Positions 10,961 to 21,120 of a stretch of 64,000 nucleotides of DNA are shown here, in pieces (positions within the stretch are counted from its first letter, which is position 1; each line of letters starts with the position of its first letter). Position numbers and translations under genes: made by a program. The notes beneath the pieces are model-generated. The model saw only the letters and a program-made list of their open reading frames with translations. It was not told where the DNA came from and made no database searches. Source of the DNA: Pararcticibacter amylolyticus (GTDB taxonomy: Bacteria; Bacteroidota; Bacteroidia; Sphingobacteriales; Sphingobacteriaceae). The stretch covers positions 111,276 through 175,275 of the forward strand of contig NZ_QEAS01000001.1 of assembly GCF_003130405.1 (NCBI RefSeq), written 5' to 3'.

Positions 10961-11204
10961 ATGCAAGCAGTAAGTCAATTTTTCCGGGAAGAAAAGGATT
11001 TCCTTTTCCAAAGAGGCGAAGCTATAGGTGAAGCCAGAGGAGCAGAGAAAGAACGGATGATAGCTGAAAGAACGCAGTAAAGCTGAAGCTAAAATGCGCG
11101 AAGAGAAACGTGCCATTGCCATGAAATTCAAGAAACTGGGAATTTCGGTAGAGGATATTGCAAAAGGCACCGGTTTGTCCTCAGATGAAATAGAAGGGTT
11201 ATAG
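10961..11204 (+). pseudogene. Frameshifted C-terminal remnant of an Rpn-family (YhgA-like, PD-(D/E)XK) recombination-promoting nuclease or putative transposase
   Basis: Two adjacent frames read ...RGEAIGEARGAEKERMIAERTQ* and ...KAEAKMREEKRAIAMKFKKLGISVEDIAKGTGLSSDEIEGL*. This is the typical repetitive E/G/K tail and ...TGLS.EEIE.L C-terminus of Rpn proteins. No nuclease domain lies upstream. Confidence 0.4.
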
Positions 11205-11230
11205 TCAGAACTTCCCTTTCTGAATATCAG

Positions 11231-11255
11231 AGCCACCATAGAGTGGCTTTTTTTA
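11231..11255. terminator. Hairpin plus T-run terminator between the Rpn remnant and the convergent PAP2 gene
   Basis: AGCCAC-CATAGA-GTGGCT followed by TTTTTTT. An A-run precedes it on the other strand, so it may act in both directions. Confidence 0.5.
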
Positions 11256-11280
11256 TGGAGAAAAGTATGTTAAATTCCTT

Positions 11281-12060
11281 CTAAAAGGTCGCTGTAAGCG
11301 ACAAGCCTCTTCCATACGCAGAGTAATATGGGGTAAGGGCGACATTCCTGTTCTTTTGCAATAAGTTTTTCAAATGGGGGTACAGGGCATAAGTGGCTTT
11401 GACCGATAAAATACCAAATCCGGCGCCGGCAATAATGTTGCTAAACCAATGCGCATTGTTGTACACCCTCAGGATACCGGTTGCTGTTGCGGCTGAATAG
11501 GCAGCAATTCCATACCAGGCAGAACGGTCTCCGAATTCCTGGTTCATAATTTCAGCAGCAGCGAATGCAGTTGCAGTATGCCCGGAGGGAAATGAATTAT
11601 ATGACTCCTGGTTAGGCCGGAGCTGTCTCACTTTATCCTTAAAAAACCATACGGAACCTTTTGCTATCCCCAGGGAAAGGAAGCTTAGTGCCGCCTGATC
11701 CATGAGGTTATTTTTTCCTTTTATACCACTAAAGGTCAGAGCATAAGCAGCAACAAGCGGGGAATACTGCATGTAATCATCGATATCAGTCCTGAAGTTC
11801 GGATGATCATCCCTCATATCGTTATAAACATTGCGGTCAACCCTTCTCAGAACATTGTTATTTAAGGCCATAAAACCATACCCTACACAGACAGCCGGCG
11901 GGATATAACTTACTATATGTCCCATCCTGATATCTTTCTTTGCTTCATTCTCCTCTGTTGAAAACAGGTCGGGATTCTGCATACCGGTGGTAAGTGAATC
12001 GCTTGTCTGAGCTTTAGAAATAGAAGATAATAGTAATAAAACAACGAGCAGACGTTTCAT
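11281..12060 (-). CDS. PAP2-family phosphatase (secreted or periplasmic)
   Basis: A signal peptide and the PAP2 signature motifs (KxxxxxxRP-like, PSGH: FPSGHTATAFAAAE, SNIIAG). Confidence 0.8.
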   Translation of the reverse strand: MKRLLVVLLLLSSISKAQTSDSLTTGMQNPDLFSTEENEAKKDIRMGHIVSYIPPAVCVGYGFMALNNNVLRRVDRNVYNDMRDDHPNFRTDIDDYMQYSPLVAAYALTFSGIKGKNNLMDQAALSFLSLGIAKGSVWFFKDKVRQLRPNQESYNSFPSGHTATAFAAAEIMNQEFGDRSAWYGIAAYSAATATGILRVYNNAHWFSNIIAGAGFGILSVKATYALYPHLKNLLQKNRNVALTPYYSAYGRGLSLTATF

Positions 12061-12144
12061 ATATACTTATACGTTCGTTCCGATAAAGAGTTCTGATTTA
12101 CTTTGATACAACTTAAACGTTTATTTTTTTTATTGCGTACATCA

Positions 12145-14076
12145 TCATTCCTTTTTATATTCCTTCTTTTCACTTTCACTCTGAAGCTTTTTAAACAGTT
12201 CTGTACCAATCAAGGCATCTACAAGCCCGCTGTTCCCTCCTTCTTTCCCGCTTACAAGGATTTCAGGAACCAGTTTAACCCCGTTAACAGCCAATGCTTC
12301 AGCAACCCTTACGATAGCATACTGTTCAGTACCCATTGCTTCGGTCTTCTGTTTTGTCACTTCAGCTTCTGCAAGCCCTATTGCCTTAATCTTACCTGCT
12401 TCTGCAGTACCATTTACTTCGGTTGCAGATGCATCAGCCTTGGCAATGACAATCTTTGCTTCCGCGTCTGCCTTCGCATTGATCATCCTGTTCTCGGCAT
12501 CGGCCTTTGCATTAATCACCCGTGATTCTGCATCTCCCTTTGCTGCAGCAACCTTTGCCGCAGCCATTTGGGTATTGATCTCGACCTGCCGGGTGGACTT
12601 AACAATTTCCGGCTGCATATCTGCACCTGCTTTGGCGCTTTCAAACTCTTTACGCTCTACCTGAGCACTTCTTTGAATTTCATAGGTCACTCTTTCCTGC
12701 TCCGCGATTTTCCGGTCAGTGAGGGTCTTCATTAATGCCTCCGGCGGAACAATATCCCCGATAAGAGTGTCTACCCCTACTACATTATAGTCAGCCAGCA
12801 CTTTACAGATATGCCCTTTGGCATCTTCCTGTCTCTGCGAGCGATTTGATAAGAATTCGATGACATCACTTCGCTGTGCTGAATTACGGAAGTAATTGGC
12901 AATAGTCGGTTCGAGTACCTGCGATACAAGGTTTCGCATATTCCCGAACCGGGCGATCACCTTCGGTGCTTCATTTCTTGGGATATGGATAATCTGAGAA
13001 ACATCCAGGTTAAATGTAAAACCATCTGATGAGCGAACACTTATCGTACTGAGGTTTTTATCGAGTTCGTGAGCTTCCGTGCGGCTGTTGGCCCAGTTTA
13101 AAACAATATTTGTAGTAGGTACCACTTCAACAGCATGCGTATAAATGTTAATAGGATGCTTGCCGGGATCGAGAGGTTCATCCCAAACCCCTTTTTCATT
13201 CTTTTTAACTATGTTCCCGTGCTTAAAACTATCCCCGCTGGTATCTTTTCCTTCTGGTCCTACAAATGAGTTAACCACGCCGACATACCCAATTGGGATA
13301 TGCACCATCTCCACCTGTTCAACAATAACAAACCAGGGATTGAGAAAATAAGTTCCAGCCAGAATTACATCTTCCTGCAGCCCTTTCTTTCCCCCTGCGC
13401 TGATAAAAGCCATGGGGTCCTGAAAATTCCGGTGCCCGGCGACTGATCCACCCGCGATTTCTCCTTTGTCGAGAGGTTCCCCATCCAGGGTAGTAACAAT
13501 ACCTACTTTATTTTCATGAATCTGTGTAATATCTACCATCACAATATCAAACAGGAATGTATTAATACGGTAGCTGCCAGGGGTAAGAAATGCTGCTTGC
13601 GGGCCTTTCTGCCCCTTATTGTCAAGAAAAGCCTGTGCATCCTGGAACTTGTCACACTCAACCGGGCGCCCTAAGACGCGTCCTGTGTCAAGAGAGGCTC
13701 CGTCCTTCGCCTTTACCAGTCCGAGTTTCCCCTGCTCTATTATGGTAAAAGGAGCCATTGTAATGCCGAATTGCCAGGGCCACATTCCCCAGTATAAACC
13801 GGGCGCGAGAGGCTGAGCCTGCATACCAGCCTCTCCTTTGGTCGCGATAATACGCCCATCCGGCAGCCTTTTATCGCTGCCATAGAGCGCAAACTTCTTT
13901 ACCACCAAACCTATGCGGTCATCGGGAACTATTACCATCCCGAAGAAAACCCGCAGAACTAATTTGTAAAGTACCAGCGCTGCGATAAGAGGCAGCACCC
14001 AAATCAATTGAAAAAATAAACCGGTCATTGTTTGAAGATTTAAGCAAACACCCTTTAGGTACGGGCTTTGGATCAT
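12145..14076 (-). CDS. Flotillin-like SPFH/band-7 domain protein
   Basis: An N-terminal TM segment, an SPFH domain, and a C-terminal coiled-coil with A/E-rich repeats (AKADAENRMINAKADAEAKIVIAKADA). It is directly upstream of the PAP2 gene on the same strand. The true start may be the Met at about 14028. Confidence 0.75.
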   Translation of the reverse strand: MIQSPYLKGVCLNLQTMTGLFFQLIWVLPLIAALVLYKLVLRVFFGMVIVPDDRIGLVVKKFALYGSDKRLPDGRIIATKGEAGMQAQPLAPGLYWGMWPWQFGITMAPFTIIEQGKLGLVKAKDGASLDTGRVLGRPVECDKFQDAQAFLDNKGQKGPQAAFLTPGSYRINTFLFDIVMVDITQIHENKVGIVTTLDGEPLDKGEIAGGSVAGHRNFQDPMAFISAGGKKGLQEDVILAGTYFLNPWFVIVEQVEMVHIPIGYVGVVNSFVGPEGKDTSGDSFKHGNIVKKNEKGVWDEPLDPGKHPINIYTHAVEVVPTTNIVLNWANSRTEAHELDKNLSTISVRSSDGFTFNLDVSQIIHIPRNEAPKVIARFGNMRNLVSQVLEPTIANYFRNSAQRSDVIEFLSNRSQRQEDAKGHICKVLADYNVVGVDTLIGDIVPPEALMKTLTDRKIAEQERVTYEIQRSAQVERKEFESAKAGADMQPEIVKSTRQVEINTQMAAAKVAAAKGDAESRVINAKADAENRMINAKADAEAKIVIAKADASATEVNGTAEAGKIKAIGLAEAEVTKQKTEAMGTEQYAIVRVAEALAVNGVKLVPEILVSGKEGGNSGLVDALIGTELFKKLQSESEKKEYKKE

Positions 14077-14337
14077 ATCTGCAGCATTTCATCACCTAAG
14101 CTGCGGCAGATTAAAATTACATATATCTTTTAAGTATTGATAATAATTGAAAAATTTCTTTCTCGTCCTGCAAGGCTCTGCTGCCATCGCAGCTCCGGCA
14201 ATTAATCTCAGTTTACTCCCGGCTTTTTCAAAATGAAAAAAAAGCTTTCCATTTTGAAAAAAAACCGAAACCTCAGCGCAATAAGAAAACGAAATAAACA
14301 GATTATTATCAACCACTTATCTAACACTAAATCAAAC

Positions 14338-14353
14338 TGGCACCCCCATTGTC
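14338..14353 (+). promoter_or_regulatory. Candidate sigma-54 (-24/-12) promoter upstream of kdpFABC
   Basis: TGGCAC-cccca-TTGT matches the TGGCAC-N5-TTGCW consensus except that C becomes T in the -12 GC. A sigma-54-dependent activator is encoded at the end of the locus. Confidence 0.3.
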
Positions 14354-14379
14354 AACAGCTCTCTAAAAATGAAAAAACT

Positions 14380-14460
14380 ATGATATTCTTACTTCTTCCG
14401 GCTCTGCTTGCATGCATGTGGCTTTTTTTTAAAACTGTTGACTGGTTCGAAAAAATCTAA
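14380..14460 (+). CDS. Putative 26-aa hydrophobic peptide (MIFLLLPALLACMWLFFKTVDWFEKI) immediately upstream of kdpF
   Basis: The ATG opens a single TM-like helix and the stop codon lies 4 nt before the kdpF ATG. No homology could be assessed. It is the 3' part of a longer 75-aa ORF whose 5' part is low-complexity. Confidence 0.2.
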   Translation: MIFLLLPALLACMWLFFKTVDWFEKI

Positions 14461-14464
14461 AGTA

Positions 14465-14542
14465 ATGACAGCACTATTTATTATCGCAATCGCAGTATTT
14501 ATCTATATGGTCTATGTACTGCTCAGACCTGAAAAATTCTAA
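14465..14542 (+). CDS. kdpF: KdpF, small subunit of the K+-transporting ATPase
   Basis: A 25-aa single-TM peptide MTALFIIAIAVFIYMVYVLLRPEKF. The stop codon is 9 nt before the kdpA ATG, which fits the usual position and length of KdpF. Confidence 0.6.
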   Translation: MTALFIIAIAVFIYMVYVLLRPEKF

Positions 14543-14551
14543 AAAATCATC

Positions 14552-16270
14552 ATGAACACAGAACTACTTGGTATCGCCGCAACATTCCTGATCACACTGG
14601 TCATTGCGATACCTTTGGGAAAATACCTCGCGAAGGTATTTGCAGGAGAGAAAGTCTGGACAGACTTTCTCAGCCCGTTTGAAAATGGGATCTACAAGCT
14701 CTCGGGGATCAATCCACGTGAGCAGATGAACTGGAAGCAACACATGAAAGCGATGCTCACGATTAATTCGGTGTGGCTGATCTATGGCTTCTTTGTGCTA
14801 CTGTACCAGGATAAGCTTCCTTTGAACCCCGACGGCAATCCGGGCATGAGTGCCGATCTGTCGTTTAATACGATCATCAGCTTCGTCGTCAACTGCAACC
14901 TGCAGCACTATTCAGGAGAAACCGGGGTCAGCTACCTCACCCAGCATTTCGTCCTGATGTTCCTTCATTTCACCAGTGCAGCCACGGGTATTGCATCAGC
15001 CATTGTGGTGTTCAAAGCATTCAGGGACAAGACTGTTACTTCTCTCGGAAATTTCTGGGAATTCTTTGTACGCTCCATTACGCGCCTCTTGCTTCCTCTT
15101 TCAATAATCATCGCACTGATCCTTGCTTTTAGCGGGACGCCGGCTTCTTATAAAGGCAAAGACCAATATGTCTCTTTACAGGGAGATACCGTTAACGTAT
15201 CCAGGGGACCAGCTGCACAGATGATCGCCATAAAACATCTCGGAACAAACGGAGGAGGATGGTTTGGTGCAAATTCCGCGCATCCTCTTGAAAATCCCTC
15301 TTATCTGACAAACATGGTCGAAATGATCGCACAGGTGATCATACCCGTTGCAATGGTGATCGCCTTTGGTTACTTCATTCGCCGGAAAAAACTTGGCTGG
15401 ATCATCTTCGGGGTCATGACCGCAGGCCTGTTTTTGTTACTGATCCCAACTATCAGCAGTGAACTTTCGGGGAACCCGTCTATTGCGAAGATGGGCATCA
15501 GTCAGTCAACTGGCGCAATGGAAGGTAAGGAGGTGCGTTTCGGGCCAGCTGCTTCGGCTTACTGGAGTACAGTAACGACTATCATTTCCACCGGATCTGT
15601 AAACAGCATGCACGATAGCACCATGCCCCTTACCGGGTTATGGCAGATGCTTGCAATGATGATCAACTCTTTCTACGGCGGTTGCGGAGTTGGCGTCCTC
15701 AATTATCTGATCTACCTCATCATCGCTGTTTTCATTTCCGGATTAATGGTAGGCCGTACGCCGGAGTTCCTCGGGCATAAAGTAGAAGCCAGGGAAGTCA
15801 AAATTGCGGCGTTAATCACCCTGCTGAGCCCGCTGCTGATCATGGCAGGCACGGCACTCGCCTGCTTTGTTTATACAGACTATGGCCATGCTGACTGGGC
15901 TGTTAAACCGGCCAGCTGGCTCAATAATCCCGGGTTTCACGGATTCTCGGAAATGCTGTACGAAATGACCTCTTCCAACGCCAATAATGGCTCCGGCTTC
16001 GAAGGACTGGGAGATAATAACATTTTCTGGAACGTTTCGACAGGCTTTGTACTGATCCTCGGTCGTTTCCTGCCGATCATCGGGCCAGTAGCTATCGCCG
16101 GGCTCCTTGGCCAGAAAAAGTACATACCGGAGTCGGCAGGTACACTCCGCACTGATACCATAACCTTCGGAATAATGACCCTCGCGGTGATCCTTGTTCT
16201 GAATGCTCTATCTTATTTCCCTGCCCTGGCATTAGGCCCGCTGGCAGAATATTTTTCAATGCTTAAATAA
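14552..16270 (+). CDS. kdpA: Potassium-transporting ATPase subunit A (KdpA)
   Basis: 572 aa, polytopic. It carries KdpA selectivity-filter-like motifs (NTNGGG-like: [16 protein letters not shown]) and its gene order is followed by kdpB and kdpC. Confidence 0.9.
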   Translation: MNTELLGIAATFLITLVIAIPLGKYLAKVFAGEKVWTDFLSPFENGIYKLSGINPREQMNWKQHMKAMLTINSVWLIYGFFVLLYQDKLPLNPDGNPGMSADLSFNTIISFVVNCNLQHYSGETGVSYLTQHFVLMFLHFTSAATGIASAIVVFKAFRDKTVTSLGNFWEFFVRSITRLLLPLSIIIALILAFSGTPASYKGKDQYVSLQGDTVNVSRGPAAQMIAIKHLGTNGGGWFGANSAHPLENPSYLTNMVEMIAQVIIPVAMVIAFGYFIRRKKLGWIIFGVMTAGLFLLLIPTISSELSGNPSIAKMGISQSTGAMEGKEVRFGPAASAYWSTVTTIISTGSVNSMHDSTMPLTGLWQMLAMMINSFYGGCGVGVLNYLIYLIIAVFISGLMVGRTPEFLGHKVEAREVKIAALITLLSPLLIMAGTALACFVYTDYGHADWAVKPASWLNNPGFHGFSEMLYEMTSSNANNGSGFEGLGDNNIFWNVSTGFVLILGRFLPIIGPVAIAGLLGQKKYIPESAGTLRTDTITFGIMTLAVILVLNALSYFPALALGPLAEYFSMLK

Positions 16271-16272
16271 AA

Positions 16273-18312
16273 ATGAAACAACAATCCAACAGGTTATTTG
16301 AGCCGGCACTCGTGAGTGCCGCACTGAAGCAATCATTCATAAAATTAGATCCGAGGCTCATGGTCAGAAACCCGGTGATGTTCACCGTGGAGATCGGCAC
16401 AGCCGTCATGCTATATATCAGCGTCTATTCTTTCGGCAACAGCGGACAAGGTTCTTTTGGCTACAACCTCACCATATTCCTGATTCTCCTGCTGACAGTA
16501 CTGTTTGCCAATTTTGCTGAAGCGATAGCCGAAGCTAGAGGAAAGGCACAGGCTGACAGCCTCCGCAAAACGAGGGAAGATACCCCTGCGAAAGTCATAA
16601 AGGCCGATGGTTCCGTAGAAACCCGTTCTTCCGCTACACTACGTAAAGGAGAAGTATTTTTCTGTGAGGCAGGAGATATCATCCCCACAGACGGCGAGAT
16701 TATCGAAGGCATTGCCACGATCGACGAATCGGCCATAACAGGAGAATCAGCCCCGGTGATCAGGGAATCGGGAGGAGATAAATCATCAGTAACGGGTGGA
16801 ACAAAAGTTCTGTCCGACAGGATCAAAGTTGAAGTAAGCTCCCAGCCGGGAGAAAGCTTTCTTGATAAAATGATCGCTCTGGTTGAAGGAGCCTCCAGGC
16901 AAAAAACGCCTAACGAAATTGCATTGACGATCCTTCTTGCCAGTTTTACGCTGATCTTTATCATCGTCTGCGTTACATTGAAACCGTTCGGCGATTATGC
17001 CAATACTCCTATTACGGTAGCTGCACTGATCTCCCTGTTTGTATGTCTCATTCCAACCACTATCGGCGGACTTCTTTCTGCAATAGGAATCGCTGGAATG
17101 GACCGGGCGCTCAGGGCAAACGTCATCACAAAATCGGGCAAAGCAGTAGAAACTGCCGGTGATATCGATACCCTCCTGCTCGACAAAACGGGCACCATTA
17201 CCATCGGAAACCGCAAGGCTACACACTTTTATTCTTTACCCGGCGTAACTGAAGAGCATTTTGTTAAAAGCAGCCTCCTGGCTTCATTGTCCGATGAAAC
17301 CCCCGAAGGGAAATCGATCGTCGAACTGGCCCGGCAGACTCTTCGTCCGGGTGCGTTCAATTTGCCGGAAAGCTCTTCCATGACGTTTGTAAAGTTTACT
17401 GCGGAAACCCGTTCCAGCGGCGTGGACCTCAGTGATGGCACCCGGATAAGAAAAGGAGCAGCCGATGCGATCCGGAATATTGCATTAAACTCCGGGAATG
17501 AGTTCAGTGAAGATATAGCGAAGGAAGTGACCAGGATCTCATCGAACGGGGGAACTCCGCTGGTGGTTTCGGAAAACGGGAAGCCGCTGGGAGTCATTGA
17601 GCTCCAAGACATTATCAAGCCGGGAATCCAGGAACGTTTTGAAAGGCTTCGCCGGATGGGCGTTAAAACGGTGATGGTAACCGGCGACAACCCTCTCACA
17701 GCAAAATACATCGCCGAAAAGGCGGGTGTCGACGACTTTATTGCCGAGGCAAAGCCTGAAGATAAAATGAACTATATCAAACACGAACAGGCCCAGGGAA
17801 AACTGGTGGCGATGATGGGAGACGGAACAAATGATGCTCCGGCCCTCGCCCAGGCCGATGTCGGGGTAGCGATGAACAGCGGTACACAAGCCGCCAAAGA
17901 GGCGGGAAACATGGTAGACCTGGACAATGACCCTACGAAACTTATTGAAATTGTTGAGATCGGCAAGCAACTGCTGATTACACGGGGCACGCTGACAACC
18001 TTCTCCATTGCCAATGACGTCGCCAAGTATTTTGCAATTGTTCCGGCACTGTTCATCGCTTCCATCCCGGCGCTTCAGGGACTGAACATCATGGCACTCC
18101 ACAGTCCCGAGAGCGCTATTCTTTCAGCCGTGATCTTCAATGCTATTATTATACCGATCCTGATCCCGCTGGCGCTGAAGGGCGTGGCTTACAAACCCCT
18201 GGGTGCATCCGCCCTCCTTCGCCGGAACCTCCTGCTTTATGGCATCGGAGGGGTAATTGTCCCTTTTATCGGGATCAAGATGATTGACTATCTCGTTGCA
18301 CTTTTTATTTGA
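16273..18312 (+). CDS. kdpB: Potassium-transporting P-type ATPase subunit B (KdpB)
   Basis: 679 aa with the P-type ATPase motifs DKTGTIT (phosphorylation site), TGDN and [10 protein letters not shown]. Confidence 0.9.
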   Translation: MKQQSNRLFEPALVSAALKQSFIKLDPRLMVRNPVMFTVEIGTAVMLYISVYSFGNSGQGSFGYNLTIFLILLLTVLFANFAEAIAEARGKAQADSLRKTREDTPAKVIKADGSVETRSSATLRKGEVFFCEAGDIIPTDGEIIEGIATIDESAITGESAPVIRESGGDKSSVTGGTKVLSDRIKVEVSSQPGESFLDKMIALVEGASRQKTPNEIALTILLASFTLIFIIVCVTLKPFGDYANTPITVAALISLFVCLIPTTIGGLLSAIGIAGMDRALRANVITKSGKAVETAGDIDTLLLDKTGTITIGNRKATHFYSLPGVTEEHFVKSSLLASLSDETPEGKSIVELARQTLRPGAFNLPESSSMTFVKFTAETRSSGVDLSDGTRIRKGAADAIRNIALNSGNEFSEDIAKEVTRISSNGGTPLVVSENGKPLGVIELQDIIKPGIQERFERLRRMGVKTVMVTGDNPLTAKYIAEKAGVDDFIAEAKPEDKMNYIKHEQAQGKLVAMMGDGTNDAPALAQADVGVAMNSGTQAAKEAGNMVDLDNDPTKLIEIVEIGKQLLITRGTLTTFSIANDVAKYFAIVPALFIASIPALQGLNIMALHSPESAILSAVIFNAIIIPILIPLALKGVAYKPLGASALLRRNLLLYGIGGVIVPFIGIKMIDYLVALFI

Positions 18313-18887
18313 TTCATAAAATGAAAAAGTATTTTTTTCAGTCGCTAAGACTCACTCTGATCATGCTGGTATTACTCTGCGTGATCTATCCCCTCGTTGT
18401 CGCTTTCATAGCCCGCTTTTCGGAAGGCAAAGGTGACGGTGCCGCAATCCTTGAAAACGGAAAGAAGATCGGGTATGCTAACATCGGACAGTCGTTTACC
18501 AGGCCGGAATATTTCTGGGGAAGGCCCTCGTCAGTTGGATATAACGCTGCAGGATCAGCAGGGTCCAATAAAGGCCCGTCTAATGCAGACTACCTGAAGG
18601 AGGTAAACAACCGGATCGACAGCTTGCTGAAATATAATCCCGGGTTGAAGAAGAATGAAATCCCTGCTGATATGGTGACAGCCTCCGGCAGCGGTCTTGA
18701 TCCCGACATATCGGTAGCAGGGGCGAGAATTCAGATCTCCAGGGTAGCAAAAGCCCGCGGCATCAGTGCCGAACAACTTGAAGAACTCGTAGATCAGGCA
18801 ACAACACCTCCCTTCCTCAACCTGTTCGGCCCCTCAAGAGTAAACGTTCTTAAGTTAAATCGTTCCCTTGACAACCTTTCAAGGTAA
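18309..18887 (+). CDS. kdpC: Potassium-transporting ATPase subunit C (KdpC)
   Basis: About 190 aa with a single N-terminal TM segment and the conserved ASGSGLDP KdpC motif. It overlaps the kdpB stop by 4 bp. The start may be the Met at 18321. Confidence 0.85.
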   Translation: MIHKMKKYFFQSLRLTLIMLVLLCVIYPLVVAFIARFSEGKGDGAAILENGKKIGYANIGQSFTRPEYFWGRPSSVGYNAAGSAGSNKGPSNADYLKEVNNRIDSLLKYNPGLKKNEIPADMVTASGSGLDPDISVAGARIQISRVAKARGISAEQLEELVDQATTPPFLNLFGPSRVNVLKLNRSLDNLSR

Positions 18888-18912
18888 TTTCTGCTACAAG
18901 CAAATCATTCAA

Positions 18913-19980
18913 ATGAAAAAAGCTCTTATATTTTGCGCTGCTTTAGGAGCAGCCTGTACCTCTTATTCCCAGGAAAACCCGTTGAAAATCTCGGGTTACC
19001 TGGAGACCTACTACGGCTACGACTTTAATAAACCGTCGGATAATAACCGTCCCGGATTTGTATATTCGCATAACAGGCATAACGAAGTGAACCTCAATCT
19101 GGGTTTTGTAAAAGCGGCGTTCGATAATGGAAATATGCGGGCGAACCTTGCCCTGATGGCAGGTACCTACAGCAACGCAAATCTTGCAGCAGAACCAGGA
19201 GTGTTTAAGAATATCTTTGAAGCGAATGCGGGGATAAAACTTTCCGGGAATGCAAACTTCTGGCTTGATGCGGGGATCTTTTCATCGCATATCGGTTTTG
19301 AAAGCGCCGTTTCGAAAGACTGCTGGGTGTTAACCAGGAATATATCCTCAGAAAATACCCCTTATTATGAATCAGGGGCGAAGCTCTCCTATAGCACAAA
19401 TAACGGACAGTTTTCTGCTGCTGTTTTGTTCCTTAACGGATGGCAGCGGATGAACAGGCAGGATGGGAACAGCCAGGCTGCGGGAGGACTGCAACTCACC
19501 TGGAAACCCTCCTCAAGTCTCACTTTTAACTACAGCAATTATCTTGGTTCAGAAGGTGCCGACTCCGTCAGGGTAAAGAGGTTCTACCATAACTTCTATG
19601 GCATTGTACAAATGACGGAGGATCTGGGATTAACAGCTGGCCTGGATTACGGAATGCAGCAAAGCACGAAGGGAAGCAGCCACTATCAGCATGTGGTCTC
19701 ACCGGTGGCTATTGTCAGGTACCGGATGGCAGAAAAGTGGGCCGTGGCCGGCAGATTTGAATACTACCGGGACAAGGATGGTGCGATCATTTCTACAGGA
19801 ACACCCTCAGGCTTTGATACAAAAGGCTATTCATTGAACGTAGATTACGCGCCATTTCCAAACGCCCTTTTCAGAATGGAAGGCAAGGTATATGACAGTA
19901 AAGACAAGTTATTTATAAGAGACGGTAATCCTGTGAACTACAATGCTGCCATAACAGGAAGTATCGCAGTAGCATTTTAG
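18913..19980 (+). CDS. Outer-membrane porin embedded in the kdp locus
   Basis: A signal peptide (MKKALIFCAALGAA) and beta-strand-rich sequence with alternating hydrophobic residues, ending in a C-terminal F. Its position between kdpC and kdpD matches the arrangement reported for Bacteroidetes kdp clusters. The supplied ORF starts 45 nt earlier, inside kdpC. Confidence 0.6.
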   Translation: MKKALIFCAALGAACTSYSQENPLKISGYLETYYGYDFNKPSDNNRPGFVYSHNRHNEVNLNLGFVKAAFDNGNMRANLALMAGTYSNANLAAEPGVFKNIFEANAGIKLSGNANFWLDAGIFSSHIGFESAVSKDCWVLTRNISSENTPYYESGAKLSYSTNNGQFSAAVLFLNGWQRMNRQDGNSQAAGGLQLTWKPSSSLTFNYSNYLGSEGADSVRVKRFYHNFYGIVQMTEDLGLTAGLDYGMQQSTKGSSHYQHVVSPVAIVRYRMAEKWAVAGRFEYYRDKDGAIISTGTPSGFDTKGYSLNVDYAPFPNALFRMEGKVYDSKDKLFIRDGNPVNYNAAITGSIAVAF

Positions 19981-19986
19981 AATCTG

Positions 19987-21114
19987 ATGGATCAAAGCAG
20001 GGACGATTCGGTACGGCAATTCCTTGAGCTTGTTAAAAGATCAAGGCGGGGAAAATTTAAGATCTACATTGGCATGAGCGCCGGCGTCGGTAAAACATAC
20101 CGGATGCTACAGGAGGCTCATGCCCTGCTGCGTAACGGCATCGATGTCAGGATCGGTTACATTGAGACCCACGGAAGAGCCGAAACTCATGCTCTCCTGG
20201 AAGGCCTTCCCCTGATCCCGCGGCGGGCCATCTTTTACAAAGGCAAAGAACTGGAAGAAATGGACCTTTCGTCTATTCTCAGCAGGCACCCGGAAGTGGT
20301 GATTGTCGATGAACTCGCTCATACGAATGTCGAAGGGAGTAAAAATGCGAAGAGATGGCAGGACGTAACCGATATACTGGAAGCCGGGATCAATGTGATC
20401 TCTGCACTTAATATCCAACATATCGAAAGCCTGAACGGGGAAGCGGAGGAAATAACCGGCGTTAAGATCTCTGAGCGGGTTCCCGACCGCGTGCTGGAAA
20501 TGGCAGACGAGATCGTGAATATTGATCTCACTGCCGATGAGCTGATCGGGCGCCTCCGGGAAGGTAAAATTTATGACAGCAGCAAAATCAGGCAGGCTCT
20601 CAGCAACTTTTTTCAATCAGACAAGATCCTTCAGCTCCGCGAGCTGGCATTGAGGGAAGTTGCTCATCACCTTGAGAAAAAAATTGATACAGAGATCCCA
20701 AAGCAGATAAAACTAAGGCCAGAACGCTTCATGGCTTGCATATCATCCAACCAGGAGATTGCCAGGACCGTTATCCGCAAAACAGCAAGGCTTGCTTCTT
20801 ATTACCGCTCACCGTGGATCGTTCTTTATGTCCAGGCAGACAGCGAAAGCGGGCAGCGGATCCGGCTGGACAAGCAGCGGCATCTGATCAATAATTTCAA
20901 GCTGGCTACAGAACTGGGCGCTGAAGTAGTGAAGATCAAAAGCAATGAGATCACCCGCACCATTATGACGGAGGCAGAAAAACGCGAGGTAACCACCATT
21001 TGTATCGGAAGGCCGCATCTTAACCTGCTCCAGGTAATACTGCGGACAGCTATCTTTAGCCAGCTTTTAAGAAAGATCGCTGTTACGGACACCGATTTAA
21101 TTATATTATCATAA
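19987..21114 (+). CDS. kdpD: KdpD sensor-domain protein (KdpD N-terminal domain plus Usp domain) lacking TM and kinase portions
   Basis: A Walker-A GMSAGVGKT near the N-terminus and a KdpD N-domain signature, followed by a universal-stress-protein-like domain. It is 375 aa with no histidine-kinase core. Confidence 0.8.
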   Translation: MDQSRDDSVRQFLELVKRSRRGKFKIYIGMSAGVGKTYRMLQEAHALLRNGIDVRIGYIETHGRAETHALLEGLPLIPRRAIFYKGKELEEMDLSSILSRHPEVVIVDELAHTNVEGSKNAKRWQDVTDILEAGINVISALNIQHIESLNGEAEEITGVKISERVPDRVLEMADEIVNIDLTADELIGRLREGKIYDSSKIRQALSNFFQSDKILQLRELALREVAHHLEKKIDTEIPKQIKLRPERFMACISSNQEIARTVIRKTARLASYYRSPWIVLYVQADSESGQRIRLDKQRHLINNFKLATELGAEVVKIKSNEITRTIMTEAEKREVTTICIGRPHLNLLQVILRTAIFSQLLRKIAVTDTDLIILS

Positions 21115-21120
21115 AAGACA

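Noticed and set aside
12103-12525. 140-aa plus-strand ORF and many other 60-190-aa ORFs lying antisense to long genes (for example 384..641, 3444..3884, 4508..5053, 16461..17226, 17539..18102, 20107..20616)
   Set aside because: They are fully embedded in the opposite strand of well-supported long genes and have low-complexity or odd composition. They are typical shadow ORFs.
14233-14460. The full 75-aa ORF MKKKLSILKKNRNLSAIRKRN... upstream of kdpF
   Set aside because: The 5' two-thirds is K/N-rich low-complexity sequence spanning the putative promoter. Only the last 26 codons (14380..14460) look like a plausible peptide.
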